DNA of 64,000 bases from IMG/VR virus record IMGVR_UViG_3300031784_000011, positions 64,001 through 128,000 of that record. One strand, written 5' to 3'. This document shows, piece after piece, positions 41,105 to 50,788 of the stretch. The position numbers were made by a program, and so were the translations under genes. The DNA comes from a virus (Duplodnaviria > Heunggongvirae > Uroviricota > Caudoviricetes). Position 1 is the stretch's first letter, and every line of letters starts with the position of its first letter. The notes beneath the pieces are model-generated. The model was not told where the DNA came from. It did not search any database and was given only the letters and a program-made list of their open reading frames with translations.

Positions 41105-41190
41105 ATATATTGTTTGATTTTTTTGCTCCTGTATAATCAAACAAAGTAGATGTATGGTTAATTATAAAATATCAATGGAGCCACCTACAG

Positions 41191-43623
41191 TTACGAGCCA
41201 CAACCTTCACATTCAAAAGGAGAATCTGTTGGTCTTGATGGTATTGACATCTCCACGACTTCTTCTTCTTTTTGATTATTTTGGTTGTATGAAGTATTTT
41301 GTACTTCTTTAGCTTCAACTGTGGGTTTTGCTGTTGAGGTGTCGATTCCTAAACCCTTTAATGGGTCAACAGCAGCTCTGGTTCGTAAATAATACATACC
41401 CGTTTTTAAACCAAGTTTCCATCCATAAAGATGTGCGGCTAAAACTTTGGTTTTGTTTGCGTTGTCAATAAATAAATTTAAAGACTGTGATTGGTCAATG
41501 TAAATTGACCTGTTTGCCGCCATGGTTAAGATTCTTTTTTGAGACATTTCCCAAACTGTTTTGTAAACTTCTTTCACATCAACAGGTACCTCAGGAATGT
41601 TTTGAACAGAACCATTTTCCATGATTAGTTTTTTCTTTAATTCGTCAGACCACAATCCTCTTTCAAGTAATTCATTTACGAGATGTTTATTGATTACAAT
41701 AAATTCACCTCCTAATGTTCTTCTTGAGTAAAGGTTAGATGTAAATGGTTCAAATGCTTCATTATTACCAAGAATTTGTGCGGTAGATGCTGTTGGCATA
41801 GGAGCAACTAATAGAGAGTTTCTTACACCATGTTTAACAACATCTTTTCTTAGTGACTTCCAATCCCATCTTCCACTTGTGTCCTTGTCTGTTTTACCCC
41901 ATAACTCGTATTGAAATTGACCTTTAGATAACGGAGAACCTTCAAATGAAGAGTACGCCCCGTTTTCAACAGCCAAGTCTTTAGACGATGTGAGAGCCGC
42001 GAAATAAATTGTTTCAAATATTTCTACTTGTAATTTGTCCGAATCCTCACTTTCAAAAGGTAATTTTAACATACAAAACACATCCGCCAATCCTTGTACA
42101 CCTAAACCAACTGGTCTATGTTTCATGTTTGAAAGTTTTGTTTCCTCAGTAGGGTAAAAATTCAAATCAATAACGTTGTTTAGGTTTTTCACAACTTGAT
42201 ATACATTATCATAAAGTAGTTCATGATTAAATTCTTTATTAATGATGTATTTTGGTAATGCGATTGACGCTAAATTACAAACCGCTTGTTCTGTTGGGCT
42301 TGAGTACTCAATAATCTCGGTACACAAATTAGATGATTTAATTGTACCTAAGTTCTTTTGGTTTGATTTGTAATTAGCAGCATCCTTGTACAACATGTAT
42401 GGGGTACCGGTCTCAATTTGTGCCGTTAAAATTGCGTCCATTAATTTTCTCGCTTTAACAACTTTTCTTGCTCGACCCTCTTTCTCATACCTTTCGTACA
42501 ATTCTGTGAATTCTTGAGTAAAAGAAAATGGGTCATCATAAGCGTCTGACAAACCAGGAGCTTCATCAGGTGAAAATAGTGACCACTCCCCGTCTTCCTC
42601 AACTCTTTTCATAAAAAGATTGGGTGTCCACATCGCTAAGAATAAATCACGAGCCCTTAATTCTTCTTTACCGTGATTTTTTCTCAAATCAATAAATTCA
42701 AAAACATCTGCGTGCCATGGCTCAAGATAAATCGCGAAAGAACCTTTTCTTTTACCACCCTGATTAATCCAACGAGCGACTTCATTGTATGTTTTCATCA
42801 TCGGGAGTAGTCCGTCTGATTCACCACCTGTTCCTTTAATATATGAACCCTTGGCTCTAACATCATGAACATGTAGTCCGATACCACCAGCCCATTTTGA
42901 AATTTTAGCAACATCTTTAATTGTGTCAAACAAACCATCAATGTCATCACCTTTATTACCAATTAAGAAACAAGAAGACATTTGTGGTCTACGAGTACCG
43001 GCATTAAACAAAGTTGGAGTTGCGTGAGTGTAAAAATGTTGTGATAAATCGTCATAAATTCTCAAAGCAGTTTCTAAGTCACCATTACAAATACCAACAG
43101 CAACTCTCATGTACATATATTGAGGTCTTTCAACGATTCTTCTTCCGATTTTCAAAAGGTAAGAACGTTCAAGAGTTTTAAATCCAAAATAATCAAAATC
43201 AAAATCTCTCTCTTGAACAATCGCACCATCTAAAGATTCTTTGTTTTGAATCACAAATTGATAAACCTCATCTGATATTAAAGATGAATCTTTTCCTGTT
43301 CTTGGTTCAATAAATGAGTGAAGTTCTTTAATACATTGGGAAAACTTTTTTGGTGTCGTTTTATGTAGATTTGACACCGCCAATCTTCCAGCTAATTTAG
43401 CATAGTCTGAATGTGTTGTTACCATAGACGCAGCCGTCTCGGCTGCTAATGTGTCCAACTCAGTTGTAGATATACCATCGTAAATCCCTTGAGTAACTTT
43501 AAGAGTCACTAATGTTGGGTCAATGTATTCTAAATTCAAATCATCACAGAAATATTGTATTCTTCTGGTGATTTTGTCATATCTCATTTCTTCCAATGAG
43601 CCATCTCTCTTTTTTACTTTCAT
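41191..43623 (-). CDS. nrdA: Ribonucleotide reductase class Ia alpha subunit with ATP cone
   Basis: MKVKKRDG ATP cone, ATPTLFNAG, SSCFL, SNLCTEI, VAPMPTAST, YYLRT and C-terminal CEGCGS; no intein visible. Confidence 0.97.
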   Translation of the reverse strand: MKVKKRDGSLEEMRYDKITRRIQYFCDDLNLEYIDPTLVTLKVTQGIYDGISTTELDTLAAETAASMVTTHSDYAKLAGRLAVSNLHKTTPKKFSQCIKELHSFIEPRTGKDSSLISDEVYQFVIQNKESLDGAIVQERDFDFDYFGFKTLERSYLLKIGRRIVERPQYMYMRVAVGICNGDLETALRIYDDLSQHFYTHATPTLFNAGTRRPQMSSCFLIGNKGDDIDGLFDTIKDVAKISKWAGGIGLHVHDVRAKGSYIKGTGGESDGLLPMMKTYNEVARWINQGGKRKGSFAIYLEPWHADVFEFIDLRKNHGKEELRARDLFLAMWTPNLFMKRVEEDGEWSLFSPDEAPGLSDAYDDPFSFTQEFTELYERYEKEGRARKVVKARKLMDAILTAQIETGTPYMLYKDAANYKSNQKNLGTIKSSNLCTEIIEYSSPTEQAVCNLASIALPKYIINKEFNHELLYDNVYQVVKNLNNVIDLNFYPTEETKLSNMKHRPVGLGVQGLADVFCMLKLPFESEDSDKLQVEIFETIYFAALTSSKDLAVENGAYSSFEGSPLSKGQFQYELWGKTDKDTSGRWDWKSLRKDVVKHGVRNSLLVAPMPTASTAQILGNNEAFEPFTSNLYSRRTLGGEFIVINKHLVNELLERGLWSDELKKKLIMENGSVQNIPEVPVDVKEVYKTVWEMSQKRILTMAANRSIYIDQSQSLNLFIDNANKTKVLAAHLYGWKLGLKTGMYYLRTRAAVDPLKGLGIDTSTAKPTVEAKEVQNTSYNQNNQKEEEVVEMSIPSRPTDSPFECEGCGS

Positions 43624-43630
43624 AATCTAA

Positions 43631-44608
43631 TTAAAAATCTATATCTTCAAATGATGTATCCATATCTTCAATGGAAACGTTATTATTCACACCAGCTTTT
43701 TGATATTCAGCAACTCTTTTTTCAAAGAAATTAGTCTTACCTTGAAGAGCAATATTTTGCATGAAATCAAATGGATTTTCAACATTGTAGACCTTTGAAC
43801 AATTTAATGACATTAATAGTCTATCGGTCACAAATTCCAAATATTGAGACATCAAATCTGAATTCATACCAATTAGTTTAACAGGTAGTGCCTCTAAAAT
43901 AAATTCTTTTTCAATCTCTAAAGCTCCACAGATAATGTCTTTAATTCTCTTCTCACTTAATTTATTTTCAATATGGTGATTAAACAAATGACAAGCAAAG
44001 TCACAGTGCATTCCTTCATCTCTTGAAATAAGCTCATTTGAAAAGGTTAAACCCGGCATTAAACCACGTTTTTTGAGCCAGAAAATAGAACAGAATGAGC
44101 CAGAAAAGAAAATACCCTCAACAGCAGCAAAGGCAATAAGTCTTTCAACGAAGGTACCCTTTTCAATATACTTTAACGCCCATTCCGCCTTTTTCTTAAC
44201 AGCAGGGATTGTGTCAATTGCATTAAATAATCTACCTTGTTCTTGTTTATCCTTGATATATGTATCAATCAACAAAGAATAAGTTTCACTGTGAATATTT
44301 TCCATCATGATTTGGAAACCATAAAACATTTTAGCTTCCGTATATTGTACCGCATTCACAAAATTCATTGCAATGTTTTCATTTACAATACCATCCGAAG
44401 CGGCGAAAAATGCTAATACGTTTTTAACAAAATGTTGTTCATCTTCATTTAGTTTGTTTTCCCAATCATAAATGTCTTGAGCTAAATCAATTTCTTCAGC
44501 AGTCCAAAAACATGCTTCTTGTTGTTTGTAAAGTTTCCAAATGTCGTGGTGTTCGATTGGAAAAAGGACAAAACGTCCTGGATTTTCTTTCAAAATCTTC
44601 TCTGTCAT
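43631..44608 (-). CDS. nrdB: Ribonucleotide reductase class Ia beta subunit
   Basis: [58 protein letters not shown]. Confidence 0.97.
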   Translation of the reverse strand: MTEKILKENPGRFVLFPIEHHDIWKLYKQQEACFWTAEEIDLAQDIYDWENKLNEDEQHFVKNVLAFFAASDGIVNENIAMNFVNAVQYTEAKMFYGFQIMMENIHSETYSLLIDTYIKDKQEQGRLFNAIDTIPAVKKKAEWALKYIEKGTFVERLIAFAAVEGIFFSGSFCSIFWLKKRGLMPGLTFSNELISRDEGMHCDFACHLFNHHIENKLSEKRIKDIICGALEIEKEFILEALPVKLIGMNSDLMSQYLEFVTDRLLMSLNCSKVYNVENPFDFMQNIALQGKTNFFEKRVAEYQKAGVNNNVSIEDMDTSFEDIDF

Positions 44609-44622
44609 GGTGATAATAATTA

Positions 44623-45999
44623 TTAATTTCTGTTTAAAGTTTCCTGTCTTTTGGTGAAAGCTTCTCTCACCCTGTCAGCAGCGTTTTTTTGTTTCTCCTC
44701 TTTATGACCAAGGAGTGTTGTTTGAGACTCAGTATCAATGACTAACAGTCTATTGTCAAATTTACAATTCTGCCAAATAATTCCGTCACGACCAATTCTT
44801 GACTTAAGTAAAGTCATGGTTGCTAAGTTATGTTCTTTTTGTTCTATGGTTTTACCTATTGATAAAATTACGTGGGCAATTTGCGCTTTTTTAATTGACC
44901 CACCCATTTGGTCACTGTTTACAACTTCAGATGAAATAGATTCTCTGTTACCCTGAGTAGCCGTCCATATAACAATTCCAAATTCACTTGTCATCGCTTC
45001 TAAACTTCTCATTACTGAACCTTCACCTTTCCATTCTTCACCGAAATTAGATTTTTCGGGACTGATACAGTCGACATAATCAATAACTAAAAGGTCAATC
45101 TTTTTACCTTCTGAAATTCTTTTTCTCAATCGAGATTTAATCTCAGATATTGAAACTGAATCACTTGGTAACTTTAAAATATCCAAGGTTCCTTTACTTT
45201 GAGTTTGAACCTCGTTTATCTTTTCTTTTACAAAATCTTTATTTTCAGGTTGTTCATCGGGTGCAATTCCTGACCAAATTGTGTAATGTTTCTTTTTGAT
45301 GTTATCGGGATTGTCTTCAAAAAATATTTGAAGAACATTGTACCCATGTAAGTAAGCAGTATTTGCAAATAATGATAATATGGTCGTTTTACCCGTACCT
45401 GTTGGTGCTAATACAACACCAAGTTCCCCAATACCCAAACCACCTTTTAAAGCGGTGTCAAGACCCTCTATACCTGTTGGTATTGGTTGTCTATTATCTT
45501 TTTCTAAAGCGGCGTCGATATTGTGAAAAACATCCATACATTCTTCAGGTGGTAATCCGACTTGTAGTGCCTTTTGAATAATACCTTCAATCTTATGATA
45601 CTCTTGGAATTTACCATTTTCAATAATGGTTGTTACCATTTTAAGTTCCTTCTTTAAATTTTGTTGTTTACAAAAATTCAAAGCCTCTTCTCTGACCATT
45701 GGGTCATCTACGGTATTTTCTTTGATGTCGTGAATTGTATCTAAATGTATTCTCGCGGTTTCTTGTGAACCCATTTCAAGAATTATAGTTTGACACAAAC
45801 TTTGATAATCAGGAATTTTCCCATATTTCTGATAGTACTCTTTGATATGGGAGGTAATAAATCTAAAAGAACTATTATCAAAATATTTGCTCTCGATTAC
45901 ATCAATAATCTGTTCACCGTACTTTTTATCCTCTACAATTGATTTAATTAACGTTTGTTGAAATGACGCTCCGAGAAAACCAAAATTTTTTTCTGACAT
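44623..45999 (-). CDS. dnaB: Replicative helicase, DnaB / T4 gp41-like
   Basis: Walker [10 protein letters not shown], Walker [21 protein letters not shown]. Confidence 0.9.
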   Translation of the reverse strand: MSEKNFGFLGASFQQTLIKSIVEDKKYGEQIIDVIESKYFDNSSFRFITSHIKEYYQKYGKIPDYQSLCQTIILEMGSQETARIHLDTIHDIKENTVDDPMVREEALNFCKQQNLKKELKMVTTIIENGKFQEYHKIEGIIQKALQVGLPPEECMDVFHNIDAALEKDNRQPIPTGIEGLDTALKGGLGIGELGVVLAPTGTGKTTILSLFANTAYLHGYNVLQIFFEDNPDNIKKKHYTIWSGIAPDEQPENKDFVKEKINEVQTQSKGTLDILKLPSDSVSISEIKSRLRKRISEGKKIDLLVIDYVDCISPEKSNFGEEWKGEGSVMRSLEAMTSEFGIVIWTATQGNRESISSEVVNSDQMGGSIKKAQIAHVILSIGKTIEQKEHNLATMTLLKSRIGRDGIIWQNCKFDNRLLVIDTESQTTLLGHKEEKQKNAADRVREAFTKRQETLNRN

Positions 46000-46013
46000 A
46001 GTTTTTTATTTTT

Positions 46014-46457
46014 TTATAATTGATAGTTTAAATAAGTTGTTTCCAAATCTCTAGATGATAAAATGTCGGTTAAATCTGACAAATATCTCTTTAAATAAGG
46101 ACGAATGTCTACCGTATATCTAACCTTTGGGTGATAGACTTTAGCGGAAAACATCCTTTGAATAAATACATCGTCACCCATCTTAATCTCGAGCAAAAAG
46201 TACTCTTTTTCATTTTGTTCATCGGTTTCTGCACTATCCAAACCGTAAAAATAATCACGATTTTCATGTAGATAATCCAATGTTTTTGTTTTCAAATCTA
46301 CACCAATATCGTCACAAATATTTTTAACGTAATAGTGTAAATCCATAGAACGTCTCGACTTTGGGTTATGCTCTCTTACATTGAAGAAGCGCTGACAGAT
46401 AATGTTTCCTTCTAATGTCAAAAGGAACTCGAACTTTGTTACTTCTTGATTACTCAT
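46014..46457 (-). CDS. Hypothetical protein (147 aa)
   Basis: Overlaps the exonuclease stop by 8 nt; lies within the replication operon. Confidence 0.75.
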   Translation of the reverse strand: MSNQEVTKFEFLLTLEGNIICQRFFNVREHNPKSRRSMDLHYYVKNICDDIGVDLKTKTLDYLHENRDYFYGLDSAETDEQNEKEYFLLEIKMGDDVFIQRMFSAKVYHPKVRYTVDIRPYLKRYLSDLTDILSSRDLETTYLNYQL

Positions 46458-47472
46458 TGTTTTTGATTTTAATTAATTTTTTATTCTTTTCTTTTCTTGT
46501 TAATCTTAAAAATGGATTGAGGAAGTTTATCCACGCATCATCCGATTTTGGAAGTAATAAAAATATACCATCTTCCATCATCATCTTCATGGTGTTTTTA
46601 TATGACCGACCTTCAGGGTCAATCAAATCGTTTATTAATGAAGTTATAGATTCCCTTGCTTCATCAGTTAAGAAAGGATTATCAAGACTTACAATACGAC
46701 TATTGACATCAAAAAATTCCTCACCTAATATCCCATATTTGGTAACACCTGTCAGAAGATTCTTTACAAGACGATTATCGTTGTCTTCCTCAAATAAATT
46801 GTTAAATCTTTCAAGAATAAATTCAACGGTAATCTCTTCGGTTTTAATTTCAGGAACTAATGAAATTAATCTCCTGACACCTAAATTTTTGATGCCCGCA
46901 ATATTATCCGATGGGTCACCACAAATCATCTTGACCAATTTTATATTCTGTATAAGAATTTGTTCATGGTCATAAACGAACATATCATTTGGTTGGTATA
47001 TTTTACTGTGTGAGGGATTAAAGAGTTTGGTATTTTCTGAAACTAATTGAGTCAAATCACCATCTGAAGAAAAAATTATTTTGTTTTCTTTTGGTGAGTT
47101 TTGAACATAATATGCGATTGAATCGTCTGACTCACAGAATTCATATTCACCTTGTCTAACAAATAGTTCTTCAAGATATTGTTTAATTCTGTTTCTTTGT
47201 TTTCCGTAAGAATGTAATTCTTCTTCAGACCTGATACGAGATTTTCTATTCTCTTTGTATTGATGGTAGAACCTTTTTCTTGTTATAGAACCATCTTGTC
47301 CATCCCAAAAAACGACAATCTTATCCAAATGATGGATTTCAATTGTTCGTCTTAAGGTGTTTATAAAATGATATATCCCACCAATATGTTCCCCCTTATA
47401 AAAGTGATTTTTTAATCCAAAAAAACCAATAGTAAGTAAATTGTCACCATCTACCAATAATACATTAGACAT
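46450..47472 (-). CDS. 5'-3' exonuclease / flap endonuclease (PolI N-terminal, T4 RNase H-like)
   Basis: LLVDGDNLL, ESDDSIA, SSDGDLTQL, GDPSDNIAGIKNLG. Confidence 0.9.
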   Translation of the reverse strand: MSNVLLVDGDNLLTIGFFGLKNHFYKGEHIGGIYHFINTLRRTIEIHHLDKIVVFWDGQDGSITRKRFYHQYKENRKSRIRSEEELHSYGKQRNRIKQYLEELFVRQGEYEFCESDDSIAYYVQNSPKENKIIFSSDGDLTQLVSENTKLFNPSHSKIYQPNDMFVYDHEQILIQNIKLVKMICGDPSDNIAGIKNLGVRRLISLVPEIKTEEITVEFILERFNNLFEEDNDNRLVKNLLTGVTKYGILGEEFFDVNSRIVSLDNPFLTDEARESITSLINDLIDPEGRSYKNTMKMMMEDGIFLLLPKSDDAWINFLNPFLRLTRKEKNKKLIKIKNNE

Positions 47473-47503
47473 TAATCATCACTCTTATAGGGTTAAACAA
47501 AAA

Positions 47504-48502
47504 TTAATCTTCTTCTTCGAAATCGTAAGTTGTTGATTCCGCTAAATCAAAGTCGCTAGACCCTAATTTTTCTTTCCAAAAACTTGAATATTCTTTTTTA
47601 TACGACTCCAAAGCTTCTTTGGTGTCGGCAATATATCCATTATGGACAACGATAACTTTACCGTCTTTGTAACCTAATCCATTAACGTGGTTTTTAAGGA
47701 TTGAAATTTTGGTTCTAACAGCGTAAACAATTTTTCTACCGTCTTTGGTTGCATCAATGTGGTTGATACCTGATTTTTTCTGATTACCAAATAAGAAGAT
47801 AAGTGAAGACGCTAATTTTAATGCTTCACCACCTTTTGGTTTGATTTCAGGTTGACCCATTGGATTGTCAGGTAATTCTACCCATGGTTGATTCACCACA
47901 ACCATTGTCAAATAATATGACGAGTCTTTAGATGGGTAATCTTCTTTTTTTGATTTGGTAATTCTTGAGTGAATACCCATACCAATTTTATCGGATAATG
48001 CACTTGCGTTGTGTTGTTTACCACCTTTACCATCAAAAGTCATCTTACATGGTATTGAACCAATTGAATCCCAACAAAATAAAATGTGTCTTGGGATTTC
48101 ACCTTTTTCATGAGCATCAATGATGTCATTTATAAAATCGGTTGCTTGTTCAATATAGTCAAATGAATCATTGAAAATAAAATCACCTGTCCACTCGCCA
48201 TTCGCATCTTTTTCAGCTTGGAAACCAAGTTCAATTGCGTGTTCCCATTTCCATTTTCTTTCAGTGATAATAAGTACGGGTAAATGGCCTTTCTTTTGTG
48301 CATCAACCGCAGCTAAAATCATTGCGGTTGTTTTTGATGAGTTTGTATGTCCTAAGAACATATTAATACCTCCCATCACGGGTCCTGGTAATCCACATGC
48401 GTTGTTAAACGCCTCACCACAATAATAAAAGTTTTCATCCTTATATTTTGTTTTTGATGAGAATTTGGATATATAATCGAATTCTTTTTTCTTGATTGCC
48501 AT
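47504..48502 (-). CDS. recA: RecA/UvsX-like recombinase (start re-called to MAIKKK at 48502)
   Basis: P-loop GHTNSSKTT, Walker B WDSIGS, VVNQPW, KPKGGEAL. The track's start at 48550 lies inside a terminator hairpin. Confidence 0.85.
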   Translation of the reverse strand: MAIKKKEFDYISKFSSKTKYKDENFYYCGEAFNNACGLPGPVMGGINMFLGHTNSSKTTAMILAAVDAQKKGHLPVLIITERKWKWEHAIELGFQAEKDANGEWTGDFIFNDSFDYIEQATDFINDIIDAHEKGEIPRHILFCWDSIGSIPCKMTFDGKGGKQHNASALSDKIGMGIHSRITKSKKEDYPSKDSSYYLTMVVVNQPWVELPDNPMGQPEIKPKGGEALKLASSLIFLFGNQKKSGINHIDATKDGRKIVYAVRTKISILKNHVNGLGYKDGKVIVVHNGYIADTKEALESYKKEYSSFWKEKLGSSDFDLAESTTYDFEEED

Positions 48503-48527
48503 TGTATATTTTCTATTGTTTTTAATT

Positions 48528-48573
48528 AAAAAAGAAGAACTTGGACACAATGTCTAAGTATGTGTCCAAGTTC
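48528..48573 (-). terminator. Intrinsic terminator after SSB
   Basis: 13-bp stem GAACTTGGACACA / TGTGTCCAAGTTC (48537-48549, 48561-48573) followed by TTCTTTTTT. Confidence 0.75.
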
Positions 48574-48580
48574 ATTTTAA

Positions 48581-49438
48581 TTAGAATGGTAGGTCGTCAT
48601 CCCCCTCCATGTCTTCTTGTGGGTCAACTTGAGGAACTGATGTTTTTGTTGGTGAAGATGGTTTAGACATTTCAATTTCTTGAGTGGAATTTGAAACATA
48701 TTTACCAGTTGTTGTATCCCATCTTGGGACTTCACCTTTAGCAATCATTTCTAAATACTCTTCAGGTTTTTTAGAATATACATCAGACCAAACCAATTCA
48801 TCATTAATCCAAGTATCTGCAATAACTGAATCAGAGTGTAGTGGTGATTGGTCTTCAGGGATGATAGATGTAATTGTTGTGTATTCTCTACCGTTACCCG
48901 CCTTAGTTAGGTTAAGATTAAGAATCAAATCCCTTCCTTTCTGTGGGTCGGTAATATCACCTTTATTTCTGAAAAGAGGTGCAATTTTATCCAAAACACC
49001 TTCACTTTTAGTGTTTCTTTTAAATCTCCAAAATTTAACACCATCTTGTTCTCTATCTCTATCAATAACTTTTACGATATAGAACATTTTAGATTTATAC
49101 TGACGAGCTAAAATAGCATCTTGTTCGTCACCTGTCATTTTTAATCCTTCATGTACTTCGTTCAATGGTGAACGTTTACCTTCTTGATTTGGGTCATACA
49201 GTTTAACCCAATTACCATCAACCTGTACCTCGTGGAAATACACGGGAACAAATGGGCTACTACCATCTTTCATAGGTAGGATTCTAATTCTTCTTTCACC
49301 ACTTCTTTCACCTTTTGGTAGGAGTGTGGTAAAATACTTCTTCATTCTATCCTCTTGGGATACCTTGTTTGTGTTGCCGCTTGCGACCTGTTTGTCTTTT
49401 TCGTACTGTGCCAGTACTGACTCTGTTGTTGACATCAT
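48581..49438 (-). CDS. Single-stranded DNA-binding protein, T4 gp32-like
   Basis: RIRILP, FHEVQV, YIVKVIDRD, GVKFWRF, DITDPQKGRDL and an acidic DDDLPF tail. Confidence 0.85.
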   Translation of the reverse strand: MMSTTESVLAQYEKDKQVASGNTNKVSQEDRMKKYFTTLLPKGERSGERRIRILPMKDGSSPFVPVYFHEVQVDGNWVKLYDPNQEGKRSPLNEVHEGLKMTGDEQDAILARQYKSKMFYIVKVIDRDREQDGVKFWRFKRNTKSEGVLDKIAPLFRNKGDITDPQKGRDLILNLNLTKAGNGREYTTITSIIPEDQSPLHSDSVIADTWINDELVWSDVYSKKPEEYLEMIAKGEVPRWDTTTGKYVSNSTQEIEMSKPSSPTKTSVPQVDPQEDMEGDDDLPF

Positions 49439-49477
49439 ATGTTTGTTTTTTAAAAGTTAGAAAATGTTTCTATGTAA

Positions 49478-49506
49478 AGTATAGACAAAAAAAGTCAGAT
49501 TACAAA
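49478..49506 (-). promoter_or_regulatory. Possible sigma70-like promoter for the replication block
   Basis: TTTGTA-17-TATACT (or TTGTAA-16-TATACT); the -35 sits in the loop of the upstream terminator. Confidence 0.4.
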
Positions 49507-49514
49507 ATCTGACT
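49486..49514 (-). terminator. Intrinsic terminator after the ferritin-like gene
   Basis: AGTCAGAT-TTTGTA-ATCTGACT followed by TTTTTT; a T tract on the other strand suggests it is bidirectional. Confidence 0.75.
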
Positions 49515-49546
49515 CTCTTTTTTTTTAAAATTGTTTTGGGAAGGGG

Positions 49547-49921
49547 TTACTCAAGAGTTAAAAGATACAGTAATTTATTCAATAAACCAAGCATCTCATC
49601 TCTTAAATTTAACAAATCAGTGTCTAATCTATCATCTAAGTCATCTGAGAACTCAACAAGAGCTTCAGTACAAACTTTGACCATGTCAACGGGATTGACC
49701 TCTGAAAGGTTTACTAACTGAATAGTATTTGTATCCTCTTCAAGTGTAAATCTACCATATTTACCCATGGCAACCTCAACAAATTCGTCAATAAGGTCTG
49801 ATAAACCATCATAGGTTTTACCAAAAGCGTCGTGCCTGGCAATACCTTTTGTTTGCCAATGGTTTATTTTCATTTGTAATTGTAAACCTAATAAGAAGTT
49901 TACTTTAGAACTTAAATTCAT
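49547..49921 (-). CDS. Ferritin/Dps-like four-helix protein (DUF5856-like)
   Basis: HWQTKGIARHDAFGKTYDGLSDLIDEFVE resembles the Dps H-W...H...Y...D...E pattern. Confidence 0.7.
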   Translation of the reverse strand: MNLSSKVNFLLGLQLQMKINHWQTKGIARHDAFGKTYDGLSDLIDEFVEVAMGKYGRFTLEEDTNTIQLVNLSEVNPVDMVKVCTEALVEFSDDLDDRLDTDLLNLRDEMLGLLNKLLYLLTLE

Positions 49922-50534
49922 CTTCCTCTGTTTCTGCGTTAAAACTATCTTTTATTGTGTCGTTTGAATAATCTTCAATATCTTGCTTGGTGAGGACGTA
50001 TTCGTTTTTACCTGTTTGTTGCATCTCACCTTGTTTTTGAGCAAAAAACTCTTGGGGATTTAGATTGAAAGGGTATGAATCCAAAGAACGTAACTCCAAC
50101 TTTTCTTGTGGTGATTTTTCTTTCATGGTTTCAACCTTGCTACCTAATTCATCAATTTTGTTCATTACCGCATCCATCTGAGATAATTTTTGTTCCAAAT
50201 CTGTCAGTTTAGTAAATACTGTTTCCATTTTACCAACAACATCATTGTTATTAGATTTGCTATCATCCAAATCCTTTTTAATTGATTTAGTCATATTAAC
50301 TAAATCTGTGATATCGATTTCTTCGGTATCTTCCACGGGTGCTGCCGGTGCTGGTGGGACTTCAGCGGGCATCGGTGCTGCTGGGTCCATAGGTGGTACA
50401 TCACCAGGTGGTGGGGGTGGTACATCTCCAACAGGAGGTGGTACTTCACCTTGTTCCATTAAGGTTTTTGCATATTTGTTAATCGCGTTGTATCTCGCGA
50501 GTTCTTCCATAAGTGATTTTTCTAATTTTTTCAT
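49905..50534 (-). CDS. Hypothetical Pro-rich/coiled-coil protein (209 aa), possibly head-internal or scaffold-like
   Basis: N-term SLMEELARY...LMEQ, Pro-rich linker, coiled coil. Confidence 0.7.
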   Translation of the reverse strand: MKKLEKSLMEELARYNAINKYAKTLMEQGEVPPPVGDVPPPPPGDVPPMDPAAPMPAEVPPAPAAPVEDTEEIDITDLVNMTKSIKKDLDDSKSNNNDVVGKMETVFTKLTDLEQKLSQMDAVMNKIDELGSKVETMKEKSPQEKLELRSLDSYPFNLNPQEFFAQKQGEMQQTGKNEYVLTKQDIEDYSNDTIKDSFNAETEEDEFKF

Positions 50535-50536
50535 AG

Positions 50537-50743
50537 TTAGTCTTGTAAAAGTTGTCTACCGTCTTCGGTTATAAATTTTTTGTTTATTCTTTCTACTATA
50601 CCATCCTTAGACCTGATAACATAACATTCACCGGTTTGAAGGTCGCATTCTTCTGTTTCCATTCCGTCTTTTGAAACGGATTTTACTTGTTTTGGATTTT
50701 TCATGTAGTTATCCAAAGTATTATTCAATTTTTCGTTGTTCAT
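50537..50743 (-). CDS. Small hypothetical protein (68 aa)
   Basis: TATTTAT upstream; stop 2 nt before the next start; CDLQTGEC motif. Confidence 0.7.
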   Translation of the reverse strand: MNNEKLNNTLDNYMKNPKQVKSVSKDGMETEECDLQTGECYVIRSKDGIVERINKKFITEDGRQLLQD

Positions 50744-50756
50744 GGTATTTTCTTTA

Positions 50757-50763
50757 ATAAATA
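50757..50763 (-). promoter_or_regulatory. TATTTAT putative late-promoter motif
   Basis: 13 nt upstream of ATG 50743. Confidence 0.5.
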
Positions 50764-50788
50764 TCTAAAAAAGTGGAAAACTTAAAAA

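Noticed and set aside
41191-48502. Inteins, group I introns or homing endonucleases in nrdA, nrdB, dnaB or recA
   Set aside because: All have normal lengths and contiguous motifs, with no intein splice motifs or interrupting ORFs.
48503-48550. ORF-track start MCPSSSF for RecA
   Set aside because: It lies inside the terminator stem. MAIKKK at 48502 has an A-rich leader like other genes.
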